Source: an uncultured Candidatus Rokubacteria bacterium (GTDB lineage Bacteria > Methylomirabilota > Methylomirabilia > Rokubacteriales > DASRDR01). Taken from it: a stretch of DNA of 64,000 bases. The stretch lies in NCBI GenBank assembly GCA_963805625.1, contig CAWDVE010000010.1, forward strand, positions 1,184,001 to 1,248,000, written 5' to 3'. The position numbers and the translations under genes are program-made. Shown in pieces: positions 1-9,272 of this stretch. The notes under the pieces were generated by a model. It searched no databases. It was given only the letters and a program-made list of their open reading frames with translations, and was not told the origin of the DNA. Numbering within the stretch: the stretch's first letter is position 1; every line of letters starts with the position of its first letter.

Positions 1-502
1 GAGCGCGGCGCGCGCGGGGCTGGGCGTCCTCGGGTTCACTGCCGTGCCGCCCGAGGAGCTGGCGCCGGCGGTGTCGGCGTACCGCGCGGCCCAGGCGGCG
101 GCCGATCCGGCGGAGTTCTTCGGCGCCGCGCCCAACTTCCAGGTGGCCGCGTTTATGACGGCGCACTGCGACACGGACGACCGTCGCGGACGTGCCATGG
201 CCGGCGCGGCCGCGCGGTGGTATCTCGGGGACAACGAGGCGCCCTTGAACCGCGTGCGGTTCGGGCCCGACTTCGACCGCGCCCGCTTCGCCAAGTACAC
301 GGACGACGCGCTCGTTCGCGACCGCATGGTCGTCGGGGGCGATCCGGACACGTGCTCTCGCGTCATCGAGGGCTGGGCGAACGTCGGCGTCGATCAGCTC
401 ATCCTCATGGTGCAGGCCGGCGTGACGCCCCACGACGAGGTGATGCGCGCCATCGAGCTCCTCGGCACCAAGGTCCTCCCGCGCTTCCAGGACGCGCCCT
501 GA
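1..502 (+). CDS. LLM-class flavin-dependent oxidoreductase (luciferase-like), 5'-truncated by window edge
   Basis: Frame is open from base 2 (SAARAGLGVLGF). C-terminal motifs VVGGDPDTC, GVDQLIL and HDEVMRAIELLGTKVLPRF are typical of luciferase-like monooxygenases. Confidence 0.8.
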   Translation, partial: SAARAGLGVLGFTAVPPEELAPAVSAYRAAQAAADPAEFFGAAPNFQVAAFMTAHCDTDDRRGRAMAGAAARWYLGDNEAPLNRVRFGPDFDRARFAKYTDDALVRDRMVVGGDPDTCSRVIEGWANVGVDQLILMVQAGVTPHDEVMRAIELLGTKVLPRFQDAP

Positions 503-527
503 CGCCGCGGACGCCGGCCCGGGGAGC

Positions 528-1049
528 TCAGCGGTCGGCGCGGCCCCGGAATCGGAACAGGGCGACGAGCGTCCCCGCGTCGAGAATCTCCCCGGCGTCG
601 GCCATCCGGTAGGCCTCGGCGAGCGGCGCCGGCACGACCTCGATGTGCTCGTCGGGGTCGAGCCCGCGCACGGACGGCCGGAGCTCTCGCGCGACGAAGA
701 GGAAGATGCGCTCGTCGGTGAGCCCGGGATCGGCGAGCGCCTCCCCCAAGGGATCGAGGCGCCCGGCCTCGTAGCCCGCCTCCTCGACGAGCTCGCGGCG
801 GGCGCACGCCTCGGGCGACTCCCCTGCCTCGATCGTGCCGGCCGGCAGCTCCCAGATCTCGGCGCCGATGATCGGCCGGTACTGCCGGATCAGCACGAGT
901 CGGCCGTCGTCGAGGAGCGGCAGGATGTAGGCCACGGCGGGCACGCGCACCGCGTCGACCGAGACGCGGCGACCGTCGGGCAAGACGTGGCGCTCCCGCC
1001 GGACGCGAAGCCGCCGTCCCCGGTACTCCGGCGGGTCAGACCCGGACAC
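528..1049 (-). CDS. Nudix hydrolase (ADP-ribose pyrophosphatase-like)
   Basis: Nudix box GTIEAGESPEACARRELVEEAG preceded by LIRQYR..WELPAG. GTG start at 1049 overlaps the end of the upstream gene. Confidence 0.85.
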   Translation of the reverse strand: MSGSDPPEYRGRRLRVRRERHVLPDGRRVSVDAVRVPAVAYILPLLDDGRLVLIRQYRPIIGAEIWELPAGTIEAGESPEACARRELVEEAGYEAGRLDPLGEALADPGLTDERIFLFVARELRPSVRGLDPDEHIEVVPAPLAEAYRMADAGEILDAGTLVALFRFRGRADR

Positions 1050-3471
1050 GCTCGCCCCTGGGATCCCAGAGCGGGGCCTTCCGGACCTCCGCTGGCACAA
1101 GCCTCCCGAACGACTCCACCGCGACCGCGGTACCCGGCCGCGTCAGCCCCACCGGGAGGTACGCGAGCGCGACGTTGTGCCCGACCGTGTGGCCGTAACC
1201 ACCGCTCCGCACTCGCCCGACGACCTTCCCCGCCGAGACGACGGCCTCCCCGCCCCAGAGGACGCACGCCGGTCCGTCGAGGACGAGGGGCACCAGCTTT
1301 CGCTCGGGGCCCGCCGCCTGCTGGCGGAGCAGGGCATCGCGCCCGATGAAGTCGCCCTTGTCGAACCGCACGCAGAAGCCGAGGTTCGCCTCGAGCGGCG
1401 TGTCGCTCGGACAGACGTCGTCCCCCCAGTAGTAGAAGCACTTCTCGAGACGGAGCGTGTTGAGCGCGTAGTATCCGACGGGCTCGATCCCGAACTCCCG
1501 GCCGGCGGCCAGGACCGCGTCCCACACGCGCCCGGCGCCGTCCGGGGGCGTGACCAGCTCGTAGCCGAGCTCGCCCGCGAAGCTCACGCGATTGGCACGA
1601 ACCTCGACCCCTCGCACGTCGATGACCTGGGACGTGAGGTACGGAAACGCGGGGGTGGACAGGTCGCCCCGGCTCACCCTGGCAAGCGTACGGCGCGAGT
1701 CGGGACCCCACAGGCTGACCACGGCGTGGCGCTCGGTGACGTCGGCGAGCTCGACCGAGCCGTCGTCCGGCTGGTGAAGCCGGAGCCAGCCGAGGTCCCC
1801 GGCCGCCGAGGCGGTCCCCGTCGTCACCCGGAACGCGGACTCCCCGAGGCGCGTCACCGTCACGTCGCACTCGATGCCGCCCCGCAGGTTCAGGCACTGC
1901 GTGTAGACGAGGCTCCCGACCGGGCGGTCCACGTCGTTGCAGCAGAGCCGCTGGAGGAAGGCCAGAGACTCGGGACCGGTCACGTCGAGCTTGCCGAACG
2001 ACGTCATGTCGAGCACGCCCACGCGCTCGCGCACCGTGCGATGCTCGCGCGCCACGTGTTCCCAGTAGCTCGGGCGCTCCCAGGTCCGCTCGTCGGCGCC
2101 TTGCCGCCGGCCGGGCCGCCCGGGGACGAAGTAGTGGGCCCGCTCCCAGCCCCCGCGCTCTCCGAACACGGCACCCTGCGCGAGAAGCCGCTCGAGAAGC
2201 GGGCTCGTCCGTAGGGGCCGGCCCCACTCGTTCTCGTCGCACGGGAACTGGGGCGCGTAGTAATACCGGTACACCTCGCGCGCCTTCTCGGCGGCGTAGC
2301 GGCGGTCGCCGAGGTGAGCCCCGAAGCGGCGGACGTTCAGCTCCCACACGTCGATCGAGGGCTCACCCTCGAGAATCCATTCGGCCATCACGCGCCCCAC
2401 GCCGCCCGCGCCCGCGATCCCGTTGATCGACATCCCCGCCGCTACCCAGAGGCCGGGCCGCCCGGGGACCGGGCCGAGCGCGTAGTGGCCATCCGGTGTG
2501 AAGCCGTCGGGTCCGTTGACGAGCTGCAGGATCTCGGCCTTCTCGACGGCCGGGAAGCGCCGGATGGCCCCCGCCAGGAGCGGTTCGAACAGCTCCCATT
2601 CGGCGGGGAGCAGCTGCTGCGTGAACTCCCAGGGAACGCCGTCGAGACGCCACGCCTTCGGGTCCGGCTCGAACCCGCCGACCAGGTATCCGCCCACCTC
2701 CTCGCGCACGTACACGAGGTTCTCCGGATCGCGCACCACTGGCGTCTGGCGGGAAAGCTCCTGGCCCGGGACGGGCCGCGTGATCAGGTACTGGTGCATC
2801 AGGGGAATGATCGGCAGGTCGACGCCCGCCATCGCCGCCACGCGAGGCGCCCACTGCCCAGCCGCGTTGACCACGCACTCCGCGCGGATCGCGCCTGCGG
2901 TGGTCTCGACTCCCTGGATCCGGCCGCGCGGGTCGAGCCGGATGCCGGTGACCCGCGTCCCGGTGACCACCTCCGCCCCGAGGGCGCCGGCTCGGCGCGC
3001 CAGCTCACGCGTGATGCCGTTGGGCTCCAGGTACCCGTCGTCCGGGACGTAGACCGCGCCGTGAAGGCCCGCTCCGCTCATGAAGGGGCAGATCCGCAGC
3101 GCCTCGGCGGGCGCGATGATCCCGACGTCGAGACCGAGGGCTCGCGCCCGACTCACGTTACGCTGGAGGCCCTGCAGCATCGGAGCACTCGAGGCGAGCC
3201 GAAGGCTCCCGACGGGCCGCCAGCCGGCGGCCTCGCCGACCTCGGCCGCGAGCTCCCGGTAGAGCCGGATGCTGCGGTTCATGAGACGCATGTCGGCGGG
3301 CGACGTGCGGAACTGTGAGACGAGACCGACCGAGTGGAAGGTCGTGCCGCTCGTCAGCTCGCCCTTCTCGAGCAGGACCACGTCCCGGCAGCCGGCGGTC
3401 GCCAGGTGATACGCGACGCTGCAGCCGATGATGCCGCCGCCGACGACGACGACGGCCGCCTCGCTCCGCAT
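1036..3471 (-). CDS. GcvT-family FAD/folate-dependent oxidoreductase (dimethylglycine/sarcosine dehydrogenase-like)
   Basis: N-terminal VVVVGGGIIG FAD fold, LTSGTTFHSVG, NGPDGFTPDG. C-terminal GcvT domain: LDMTSFGK, GGIECDVTV, GELGYEL, LRLEK, PLWDP. ATG at 3471. Confidence 0.9.
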   Translation of the reverse strand: MRSEAAVVVVGGGIIGCSVAYHLATAGCRDVVLLEKGELTSGTTFHSVGLVSQFRTSPADMRLMNRSIRLYRELAAEVGEAAGWRPVGSLRLASSAPMLQGLQRNVSRARALGLDVGIIAPAEALRICPFMSGAGLHGAVYVPDDGYLEPNGITRELARRAGALGAEVVTGTRVTGIRLDPRGRIQGVETTAGAIRAECVVNAAGQWAPRVAAMAGVDLPIIPLMHQYLITRPVPGQELSRQTPVVRDPENLVYVREEVGGYLVGGFEPDPKAWRLDGVPWEFTQQLLPAEWELFEPLLAGAIRRFPAVEKAEILQLVNGPDGFTPDGHYALGPVPGRPGLWVAAGMSINGIAGAGGVGRVMAEWILEGEPSIDVWELNVRRFGAHLGDRRYAAEKAREVYRYYYAPQFPCDENEWGRPLRTSPLLERLLAQGAVFGERGGWERAHYFVPGRPGRRQGADERTWERPSYWEHVAREHRTVRERVGVLDMTSFGKLDVTGPESLAFLQRLCCNDVDRPVGSLVYTQCLNLRGGIECDVTVTRLGESAFRVTTGTASAAGDLGWLRLHQPDDGSVELADVTERHAVVSLWGPDSRRTLARVSRGDLSTPAFPYLTSQVIDVRGVEVRANRVSFAGELGYELVTPPDGAGRVWDAVLAAGREFGIEPVGYYALNTLRLEKCFYYWGDDVCPSDTPLEANLGFCVRFDKGDFIGRDALLRQQAAGPERKLVPLVLDGPACVLWGGEAVVSAGKVVGRVRSGGYGHTVGHNVALAYLPVGLTRPGTAVAVESFGRLVPAEVRKAPLWDPRGERVRV

Positions 3472-3558
3472 GATCGCCCCTTTGCCCGCTCGGGCCTGCG
3501 ACCCCGGGTCCCGTCGCCGCTCCTGCAGGCTAGCGCCTGGGTCGAGGCGCAACTGCTT

Positions 3559-4737
3559 CTAGGTCAGGACATCCTCGAGGACGCGGCCGTCGACGCCGGC
3601 CGCGTCGATCCCCGTCAGGCGGCAGAGCGTCGGCATGAGGTCGATGGTGCGCCCGGCCCGGATCTCGGCGCCGGCCCGCACACCCGGCCCCGTCACCAGC
3701 ATCGGGATTCGCTGCTCGTGCTTGGAGCCGTGCGAGCGCAGTCCCGTCTCGGGGCGGTGCGCGGGCTCGTCCTCCCAGACGCCGAGGGCGACGTCCCGGG
3801 CCGCCCAGCAGATCAGGTCGCCGACGCGCTCGGGTGGAAGGTGATCGCGCCGCGCCTCGGCGTTCGGGACCACCTCATCGATGCCGGCGGTCCGCTCCAG
3901 GATGGCGTGCGCCTCGCGCGCCTTGCCCGGGTCTTCGAAGTAGAGGTAGAGCGCCCCGCCGAGATCCCGGTGGTGTGCGTAGAGCCCATCCCGGATGAGA
4001 GGCACGCCGTGGGTCGTGATGCCGGCCTCCGCCAGCACCCGCACCGGCGAGACGGAACGGAGCTTGGCGTTCATTCCGTGATCCGCCGTGAGGACGACGA
4101 CCGTCTCGGCAGGGTCGTACACGTCGAGGAGCCGCCCGAGCGCCTCGTCGCTGGCCTCGAGGTAGCGCTGCATGGCGGGCTCATCGGGCGCCAGCATGTG
4201 CTGGGGGTAGTCCGTCGTGGCCACGTAGAGGAAGGCCGGGCGCTCCCGGAGCGCGACCTCGCGGGCCATCCGGAACACCCAGAGATTGATGTCGAGGGAG
4301 AAGATCTCGGGCGGGGGCCCGGCCACCGCTCGGTGGGTCTCCGGGTGCGTCTTCATATCGACGCAAACGTCCAGGCCCCGACGGAGGAGCTTCGTCAGCT
4401 TCTCCTTCGCCGTGACGAGCGCCGTGGACCAGCCGGCTGCCTTGAAGTGCTCGAACACGAGAGGCTCCTGCACAAACGAGACCTGCTCCATGAAGACGTC
4501 CATCCGCGTAGCGCGATCGTAGTAGAAGTTCGTCGACAGACCGTGGCGCGCCGGGTAGGTGCCCGTGAGCAGCGAGATGTGGTTCACGTTCGTGAGGCTG
4601 GGGAGCACCCCGCGACCGTCGAGGGTCGAGGCGCCGGCCTTCATGAGCCCGGCCAGTCGCGGCATCCGGGCCGGCTGGACGTAGCCCGGGTCGAATCCGT
4701 CGAGGAGGAACATGAGGACGTGCTTCGGTCGCGTCAT
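3559..4737 (-). CDS. phnA: Phosphonoacetate hydrolase (alkaline phosphatase superfamily)
   Basis: LDGFD, PSLTNVNHISLLTG (Thr nucleophile), ATTDYPQH, TADHGMNAK and LRSHG match PhnA motifs. Lies directly downstream of phnW. Confidence 0.8.
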   Translation of the reverse strand: MTRPKHVLMFLLDGFDPGYVQPARMPRLAGLMKAGASTLDGRGVLPSLTNVNHISLLTGTYPARHGLSTNFYYDRATRMDVFMEQVSFVQEPLVFEHFKAAGWSTALVTAKEKLTKLLRRGLDVCVDMKTHPETHRAVAGPPPEIFSLDINLWVFRMAREVALRERPAFLYVATTDYPQHMLAPDEPAMQRYLEASDEALGRLLDVYDPAETVVVLTADHGMNAKLRSVSPVRVLAEAGITTHGVPLIRDGLYAHHRDLGGALYLYFEDPGKAREAHAILERTAGIDEVVPNAEARRDHLPPERVGDLICWAARDVALGVWEDEPAHRPETGLRSHGSKHEQRIPMLVTGPGVRAGAEIRAGRTIDLMPTLCRLTGIDAAGVDGRVLEDVLT

Positions 4738-4753
4738 CAGTCAGCCTCCGGGG

Positions 4754-5863
4754 TCACCGTCCGACCCCCACCGCCAGCTCTGAAAGGCTGGCCCGGAACG
4801 CCTCGACCACCCCCTCCATGTCCCGGGGGGTGAGCGTCCCCATGTTGGACACGCGAAACGCGTACGTGCGGATGTCCCCCTGGCCGGCGTAGATGATGTA
4901 CCCACGCCGCTTCATCGCGTCGTGGAGCCGGTCGTAGGCCAGTCCTGGCAGGAGCCGGAACGTCGTGAGGATGCTGGACCGCGCCGCCTCGGGGACCAGG
5001 ATCTCGAAGCCAAGCGCCGCCATGCCGCGCCGCAGCACGCGGGCGTTCTCCGCGTACCGGGCGATGCGGCCGGCCACTCCCTCGGCGTCGAGCTCGACGA
5101 GGGCCTGCCGCATCGCGTGGAGGACCTGGACCGCAGGGGTGAAGGGCGTGTTGTCCCGTTCCTGGCTCGTGTAGTGGCCGTGGAGATCCAGATAGACGCC
5201 GCGCGGTGGCTGCCCGGCCAGCGCGTCCAGCGCCGTTCGGCGACCGAGGACGAAGGCGATTCCCGGAACCCCCTGCAGACACTTGTTGGCGCTGGCCATC
5301 ACGAAGTCGACGCCGTCGGCGTCAACGTCGAGCCGCTCGCCGAAGAGCGAGCTCATGGCGTCGATCAGGACCCGGCGCCCCGCCCGCGCGGCCACCCGCG
5401 CGACGTCCATCACCGGGTTCAGGAGGCCCGTCGTGGTCTCGTGGTGGACGACCGCCACGTGGCTCAGCTCGGGACGCGCCCGGAGCGCGGCCTCGACGTC
5501 GGCCGGGGGCACGGGGGTGGTGACGTCGTACGCGAGCACCTCGGCCGCGATCCCGTGGACCCGCGCGATCCGGGCCAGGCGGTCCCCGTAGACGCCATTG
5601 TTCACGATCAGGACCGCGCGGTCCCTCGGCACCACCGAGCTGACGGCCGCCTCCACGGCGGCGGTCCCCGACCCGCTGAACAGCACCGCGGCGAAGCGCT
5701 CGTCGCAACCGGCCAGCCGGACGAGCCGAGCCCGGCACTCCCGCATCATCTCGAAGAACTCCGGCTCTCGGTGGCAGAGGTCTGGCATCACCAGGGCCTC
5801 CCGCACCGATCGGCTGGTGTTGGCAGGGCCGGGGTTCAGCAGGATCCACTCGCGCTCGCGCAT
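4754..5863 (-). CDS. phnW: 2-aminoethylphosphonate--pyruvate transaminase (class V PLP)
   Basis: ILLNPGP, DLCHREPEF, GSGTAAVEA, NGVYGDR, HHETTTG, DAMSS, SANKCLQGVPG (PLP Lys), TPFTP, YIIYAGQG. Confidence 0.85.
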   Translation of the reverse strand: MREREWILLNPGPANTSRSVREALVMPDLCHREPEFFEMMRECRARLVRLAGCDERFAAVLFSGSGTAAVEAAVSSVVPRDRAVLIVNNGVYGDRLARIARVHGIAAEVLAYDVTTPVPPADVEAALRARPELSHVAVVHHETTTGLLNPVMDVARVAARAGRRVLIDAMSSLFGERLDVDADGVDFVMASANKCLQGVPGIAFVLGRRTALDALAGQPPRGVYLDLHGHYTSQERDNTPFTPAVQVLHAMRQALVELDAEGVAGRIARYAENARVLRRGMAALGFEILVPEAARSSILTTFRLLPGLAYDRLHDAMKRRGYIIYAGQGDIRTYAFRVSNMGTLTPRDMEGVVEAFRASLSELAVGVGR

Positions 5864-6094
5864 CTCCGATCCTCCCGGCCGTCAGGCTACCCTCGCCGCC
5901 GCCGCCCGTCCACTCTGTCATCGATCGCCCGACGGGAGCGATCCAGCGACCCGGTGGGACCTCGGGCTCTGCGGCAGCTCCGTCGCGGTCACCCGGCTGA
6001 TCCCGCCCGGCCCGACGAGCGGCCCCGTGGTTTCTTCCTTGCAGCGGAGAGAGTGACACGCTAGATTGCCGCTAGGAGGACGATACCCAAGGCT

Positions 6095-6292
6095 ATGGCG
6101 CAGCTTGCCTTCCTGATCTCGCTCGTGGCATTGGGAATTTCCATCCTCGCCTACCAGGAAGCCGGCGGCACGAAGGACCTCACGAAGAAGGTCGAGTCGC
6201 TCCGGGACGATCTCCGGCGCGAGACGGCGGACGGCCTCTCCAAGCTCGAAAAAGCCCTTCGCTCGGCCGAATCGGCGAAGCCGAAGCCGTGA
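6095..6292 (+). CDS. Small single-pass membrane/secreted protein with coiled-coil tail
   Basis: 65 aa with hydrophobic N-terminus and charged amphipathic tail. GC3-biased codons; AGGAGG upstream. Confidence 0.6.
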   Translation: MAQLAFLISLVALGISILAYQEAGGTKDLTKKVESLRDDLRRETADGLSKLEKALRSAESAKPKP

Positions 6293-6335
6293 TCCGAACC
6301 GAGCACACACCCGGGCGCCTCGAGCGCTAGAGGCG

Positions 6336-6983
6336 GTGGGCAGCGAACCCGACCCCCCTGAAGCCGACCCGCACATCGAGCCGCGCTCCGCCGAGAGCCG
6401 GGTCGTACTGCGACGGCACCGGCTATCCCACCTGCCCGGTCTCGAGGTGAACGGCAGCATCTTCGATACCCGATACGCCCCCGGATCCTCGCCGGGACAC
6501 TGCGACGGGATGTGCTGTTCGAGCGGCGTTAAGGTCGATGTCGCCCACCGCGATCAGATCCTCGCCCACGCCGATCTCATCCGGCGCGCGATGGACCCCG
6601 GCCAGGACCAGGATGTCGGCGGCTGGTTCGAGGAGACGGAGACCCCGGACTCTGACTTCCCGTCCGGCCGGTGCGTTGGTACGCAGGTGCGCGGGAACGG
6701 GTGCGTCTTTCTGAACGCGGCGCGGCGGTGCGTCCTCCAAGCGGTGACGATCGCCATCGCCCGGCCGGGCTTCGATCTCAAGCCATTCTTCTGCTCGGCC
6801 TTCCCCATCACGATCGCGGCCGGCGCCTTGTGGATCGACGAGATGTGTCTCGACGCGCCCGAGGGCTGCTGCCGGCCGACCCCCGGGGGCCCGCTGGGCG
6901 TTCTCGACGTCTGCGAGGCCGAGTTGCGCCACACGCTCGGGAACGAGGGGCTCGAGGAGCTCCGCCTGGCAGTCAAGGAGTAG
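6336..6983 (+). CDS. DUF3109-like Cys-rich (putative Fe-S/Zn-binding) protein
   Basis: CDGMCC..G, GCVFL, RCVL, LKPFFCSAFPI pattern. Start uncertain. Confidence 0.65.
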   Translation: MGSEPDPPEADPHIEPRSAESRVVLRRHRLSHLPGLEVNGSIFDTRYAPGSSPGHCDGMCCSSGVKVDVAHRDQILAHADLIRRAMDPGQDQDVGGWFEETETPDSDFPSGRCVGTQVRGNGCVFLNAARRCVLQAVTIAIARPGFDLKPFFCSAFPITIAAGALWIDEMCLDAPEGCCRPTPGGPLGVLDVCEAELRHTLGNEGLEELRLAVKE

Positions 6984-7054
6984 CCGCCATCCAACGCGCC
7001 AGCGCCCACGTCCCTGTCCTCGGCCGCGCGGTCCGCGCGACCGGCCAGGCGGTC

Positions 7055-8140
7055 GTGACGGGAGCGCCCGAACGCAACGGCAGGCCGCGGTCAGCGCCTC
7101 GGATCGGCTTCGCCTTCAACAAGAAACCGGACGACGGGGCCCCACCGGCCATCGCGCCCCCCAGGAACCGGAGTCTCGGGGACCCCGCGGATCTCTACGC
7201 CGAGTGGGACGACGAGGTCACGATCGCGGCAATCGAGGCGGCACTGGCGGAGACCGGCGAGGTCACGCGGCTGGAGGCCACGGAGGACTTCCCGCTCCGG
7301 CTTCGGGAGTCGAAGCCCGACATCATCTTCAATGTGGCGGAAGGGCTCTGGGGGCCGAACCGCGAGGCCCACGTGCCAGCCCTCTGCGAGTTCTGGGGCG
7401 TGCCCTACACGGGAAGCGATCCCCTCACCCTGGCGATCTGTCTGGACAAGGGCCGCGCCAAGGAGATCCTTGCTTACCACGGCATTCCGACCGCGGAGTT
7501 CACCGTCGCCCCCGGAAGGGCTCCGCTCGACGGGACCCCGCGGCTGCCCGTGGTCGTGAAACCGATCCACGAGGGCTCCAGCAAGGGGATCACCCAGGCG
7601 TCGCTCTGCCGGACTCGGGCCGAGGTGGGGCGCGCCGTCGGCCTGGTGTGGCGGCGTTACCGCCAGCCGGCGCTCGTCGAGCGGTGGCTGCCCGGCCGCG
7701 AGTTCACCTGCGCGATACTCGGGAACGGCCCGAGCGCCCGCGTCCTGCCGCTGGTCGAGGTCGATTTCGACGCGCTGCCTCGCGGGGCGGCGCGCCTCTA
7801 CTCGTACGAAGCCAAGTGGTTGTGGGACCGACCAGAGCGGCCGCTCGCCATCTTCCAGTGCCCCGCCTCGCTCCCGCGCGGGCTCGCGCGGCAGATTGAG
7901 CAGACGGTGCTGGCCGCCTATCGCGTCTTGCGCTGCCGGGACTGGGCCCGCATCGACGTTCGCTGCGACGCCCGAGGGGTGCCACACATCCTCGAGGTGA
8001 ACCCTCTCCCGGGGGTGCTTCCGGACCCGGCCATGAACTCCTGTTTCCCCAAGGCTGCGCGGGCTGCCGGCATGGACTACGGGTCCATGATCCGGGCCGT
8101 CCTGCGGGCCGGAGCCGTGCGCCATGGCATTGTCGTCTAG
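7055..8140 (+). CDS. D-Ala-D-Ala ligase-like ATP-grasp peptide ligase 1
   Basis: AEWDDEVTI, FNVAEG..GPNREA, PYTGSD, LDK, VVKPIHEGSSKGI, GREFT, ARIDVR, LEVNPLPG. Start refined to GTG 7055. Confidence 0.85.
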   Translation: MTGAPERNGRPRSAPRIGFAFNKKPDDGAPPAIAPPRNRSLGDPADLYAEWDDEVTIAAIEAALAETGEVTRLEATEDFPLRLRESKPDIIFNVAEGLWGPNREAHVPALCEFWGVPYTGSDPLTLAICLDKGRAKEILAYHGIPTAEFTVAPGRAPLDGTPRLPVVVKPIHEGSSKGITQASLCRTRAEVGRAVGLVWRRYRQPALVERWLPGREFTCAILGNGPSARVLPLVEVDFDALPRGAARLYSYEAKWLWDRPERPLAIFQCPASLPRGLARQIEQTVLAAYRVLRCRDWARIDVRCDARGVPHILEVNPLPGVLPDPAMNSCFPKAARAAGMDYGSMIRAVLRAGAVRHGIVV

Positions 8141-9272
8141 GCCTCGGCTGGGAGTGCGGGGGCGGCTCCGCGTGGCGGTCATCACCGATGCCCTGTCGGA
8201 GGCGACGGCCCAGGCCCTCGGCACGCCGTCGGCCCCCGGCAACCCCGGGCCGGTGCTGGCCGCGCTGCGGGCGCTCGGCTACGACCCGGTGCTGGTCGAG
8301 TTCAACGGCAACCCCTCGGAGTGGCTGGCTGAGCTGGCAACCGGGCGCTTCCAGCTGGTGTTCAACCTGTGCGAGGGCCTGAGCAACCAGGCGGCCGGCG
8401 AGCCCGTCGCCGCGGCTCTCGTCGAGCTCCTCGGGATTCCCCTGACCGGCGCCTCGTCCGACATGCTCGCGCTGTGTCTCCGGAAGGACCGGGCGAACGC
8501 CGTGCTCTGCGCCCACGGGGTCCCGGTGCCGGAGTGGATCCTGGTGCGGCCGGGCGTCGCCCGGGCACGGTGGCGCCGGTTCCCGGCCATCGTCAAGCCG
8601 GCCGGCGAGGACGGGTCGTTCGGGATCGGCGCCGACTGCATAGTAGGCGATCGGGCCGCGCTCGAGGCCGTCGTGGCGCGCGGATGCCAGCAGTGGGGCC
8701 GCATGCTCGTCCAGCGCTTCGTCGGAGGCCGGGAGTTCAACCTGGCGATCGTCGGTGGGCGGGTGCTTCCCCACGCCGAGATCGACTTCAGCCGCCTTGC
8801 TCCGGGACTGCCCGCGGTGGTGACGTACGCGGCGAAGTGGGAGCACGGCAGTCCGGCGGACCGGGGGACGGTGCCGAGGTGCCCCGCGCGCCTGCCGGCC
8901 CGACTCGCTGCCCGTCTGACCCAGCTCGCCGAGCGCGTCTGGGCCGCCGTGGACGGCACCGGATACGGCCGCATCGACGTCCGTGTCGACGGCCGGGGCA
9001 CGACGTTCGTCACGGACGTGAACCCGAATCCGGACCTCGGGGTCCGGGCGGGACTGGCGCGCCAGGCGGCCGCCGCGGGGTGGAGCTATCTCGACCTGAT
9101 CGCCCGGATCGTCGAGGACGCCCTCGCCCGTGCGCGCCGGGCAAGCGGACCCGGTCCGACTCCTCCAGCGGCGCTCGCAGACGCTCGACGCCTGATGGAG
9201 GGCATGCCCTACACCCAGCGCCTCGCGTCGGCCCTCGGCCGGCGTGAGCCAAGGGGGACGAGGCCGACGTGA
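8124..9272 (+). CDS. D-Ala-D-Ala ligase-like ATP-grasp peptide ligase 2
   Basis: VFNLCEG, PLTGAS, IVKPAGEDGSFGI, GGREFN, TYAAKW, GYGRIDVR, DVNPNPDL. Overlaps ligase 1. Confidence 0.85.
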   Translation: MALSSRPRLGVRGRLRVAVITDALSEATAQALGTPSAPGNPGPVLAALRALGYDPVLVEFNGNPSEWLAELATGRFQLVFNLCEGLSNQAAGEPVAAALVELLGIPLTGASSDMLALCLRKDRANAVLCAHGVPVPEWILVRPGVARARWRRFPAIVKPAGEDGSFGIGADCIVGDRAALEAVVARGCQQWGRMLVQRFVGGREFNLAIVGGRVLPHAEIDFSRLAPGLPAVVTYAAKWEHGSPADRGTVPRCPARLPARLAARLTQLAERVWAAVDGTGYGRIDVRVDGRGTTFVTDVNPNPDLGVRAGLARQAAAAGWSYLDLIARIVEDALARARRASGPGPTPPAALADARRLMEGMPYTQRLASALGRREPRGTRPT

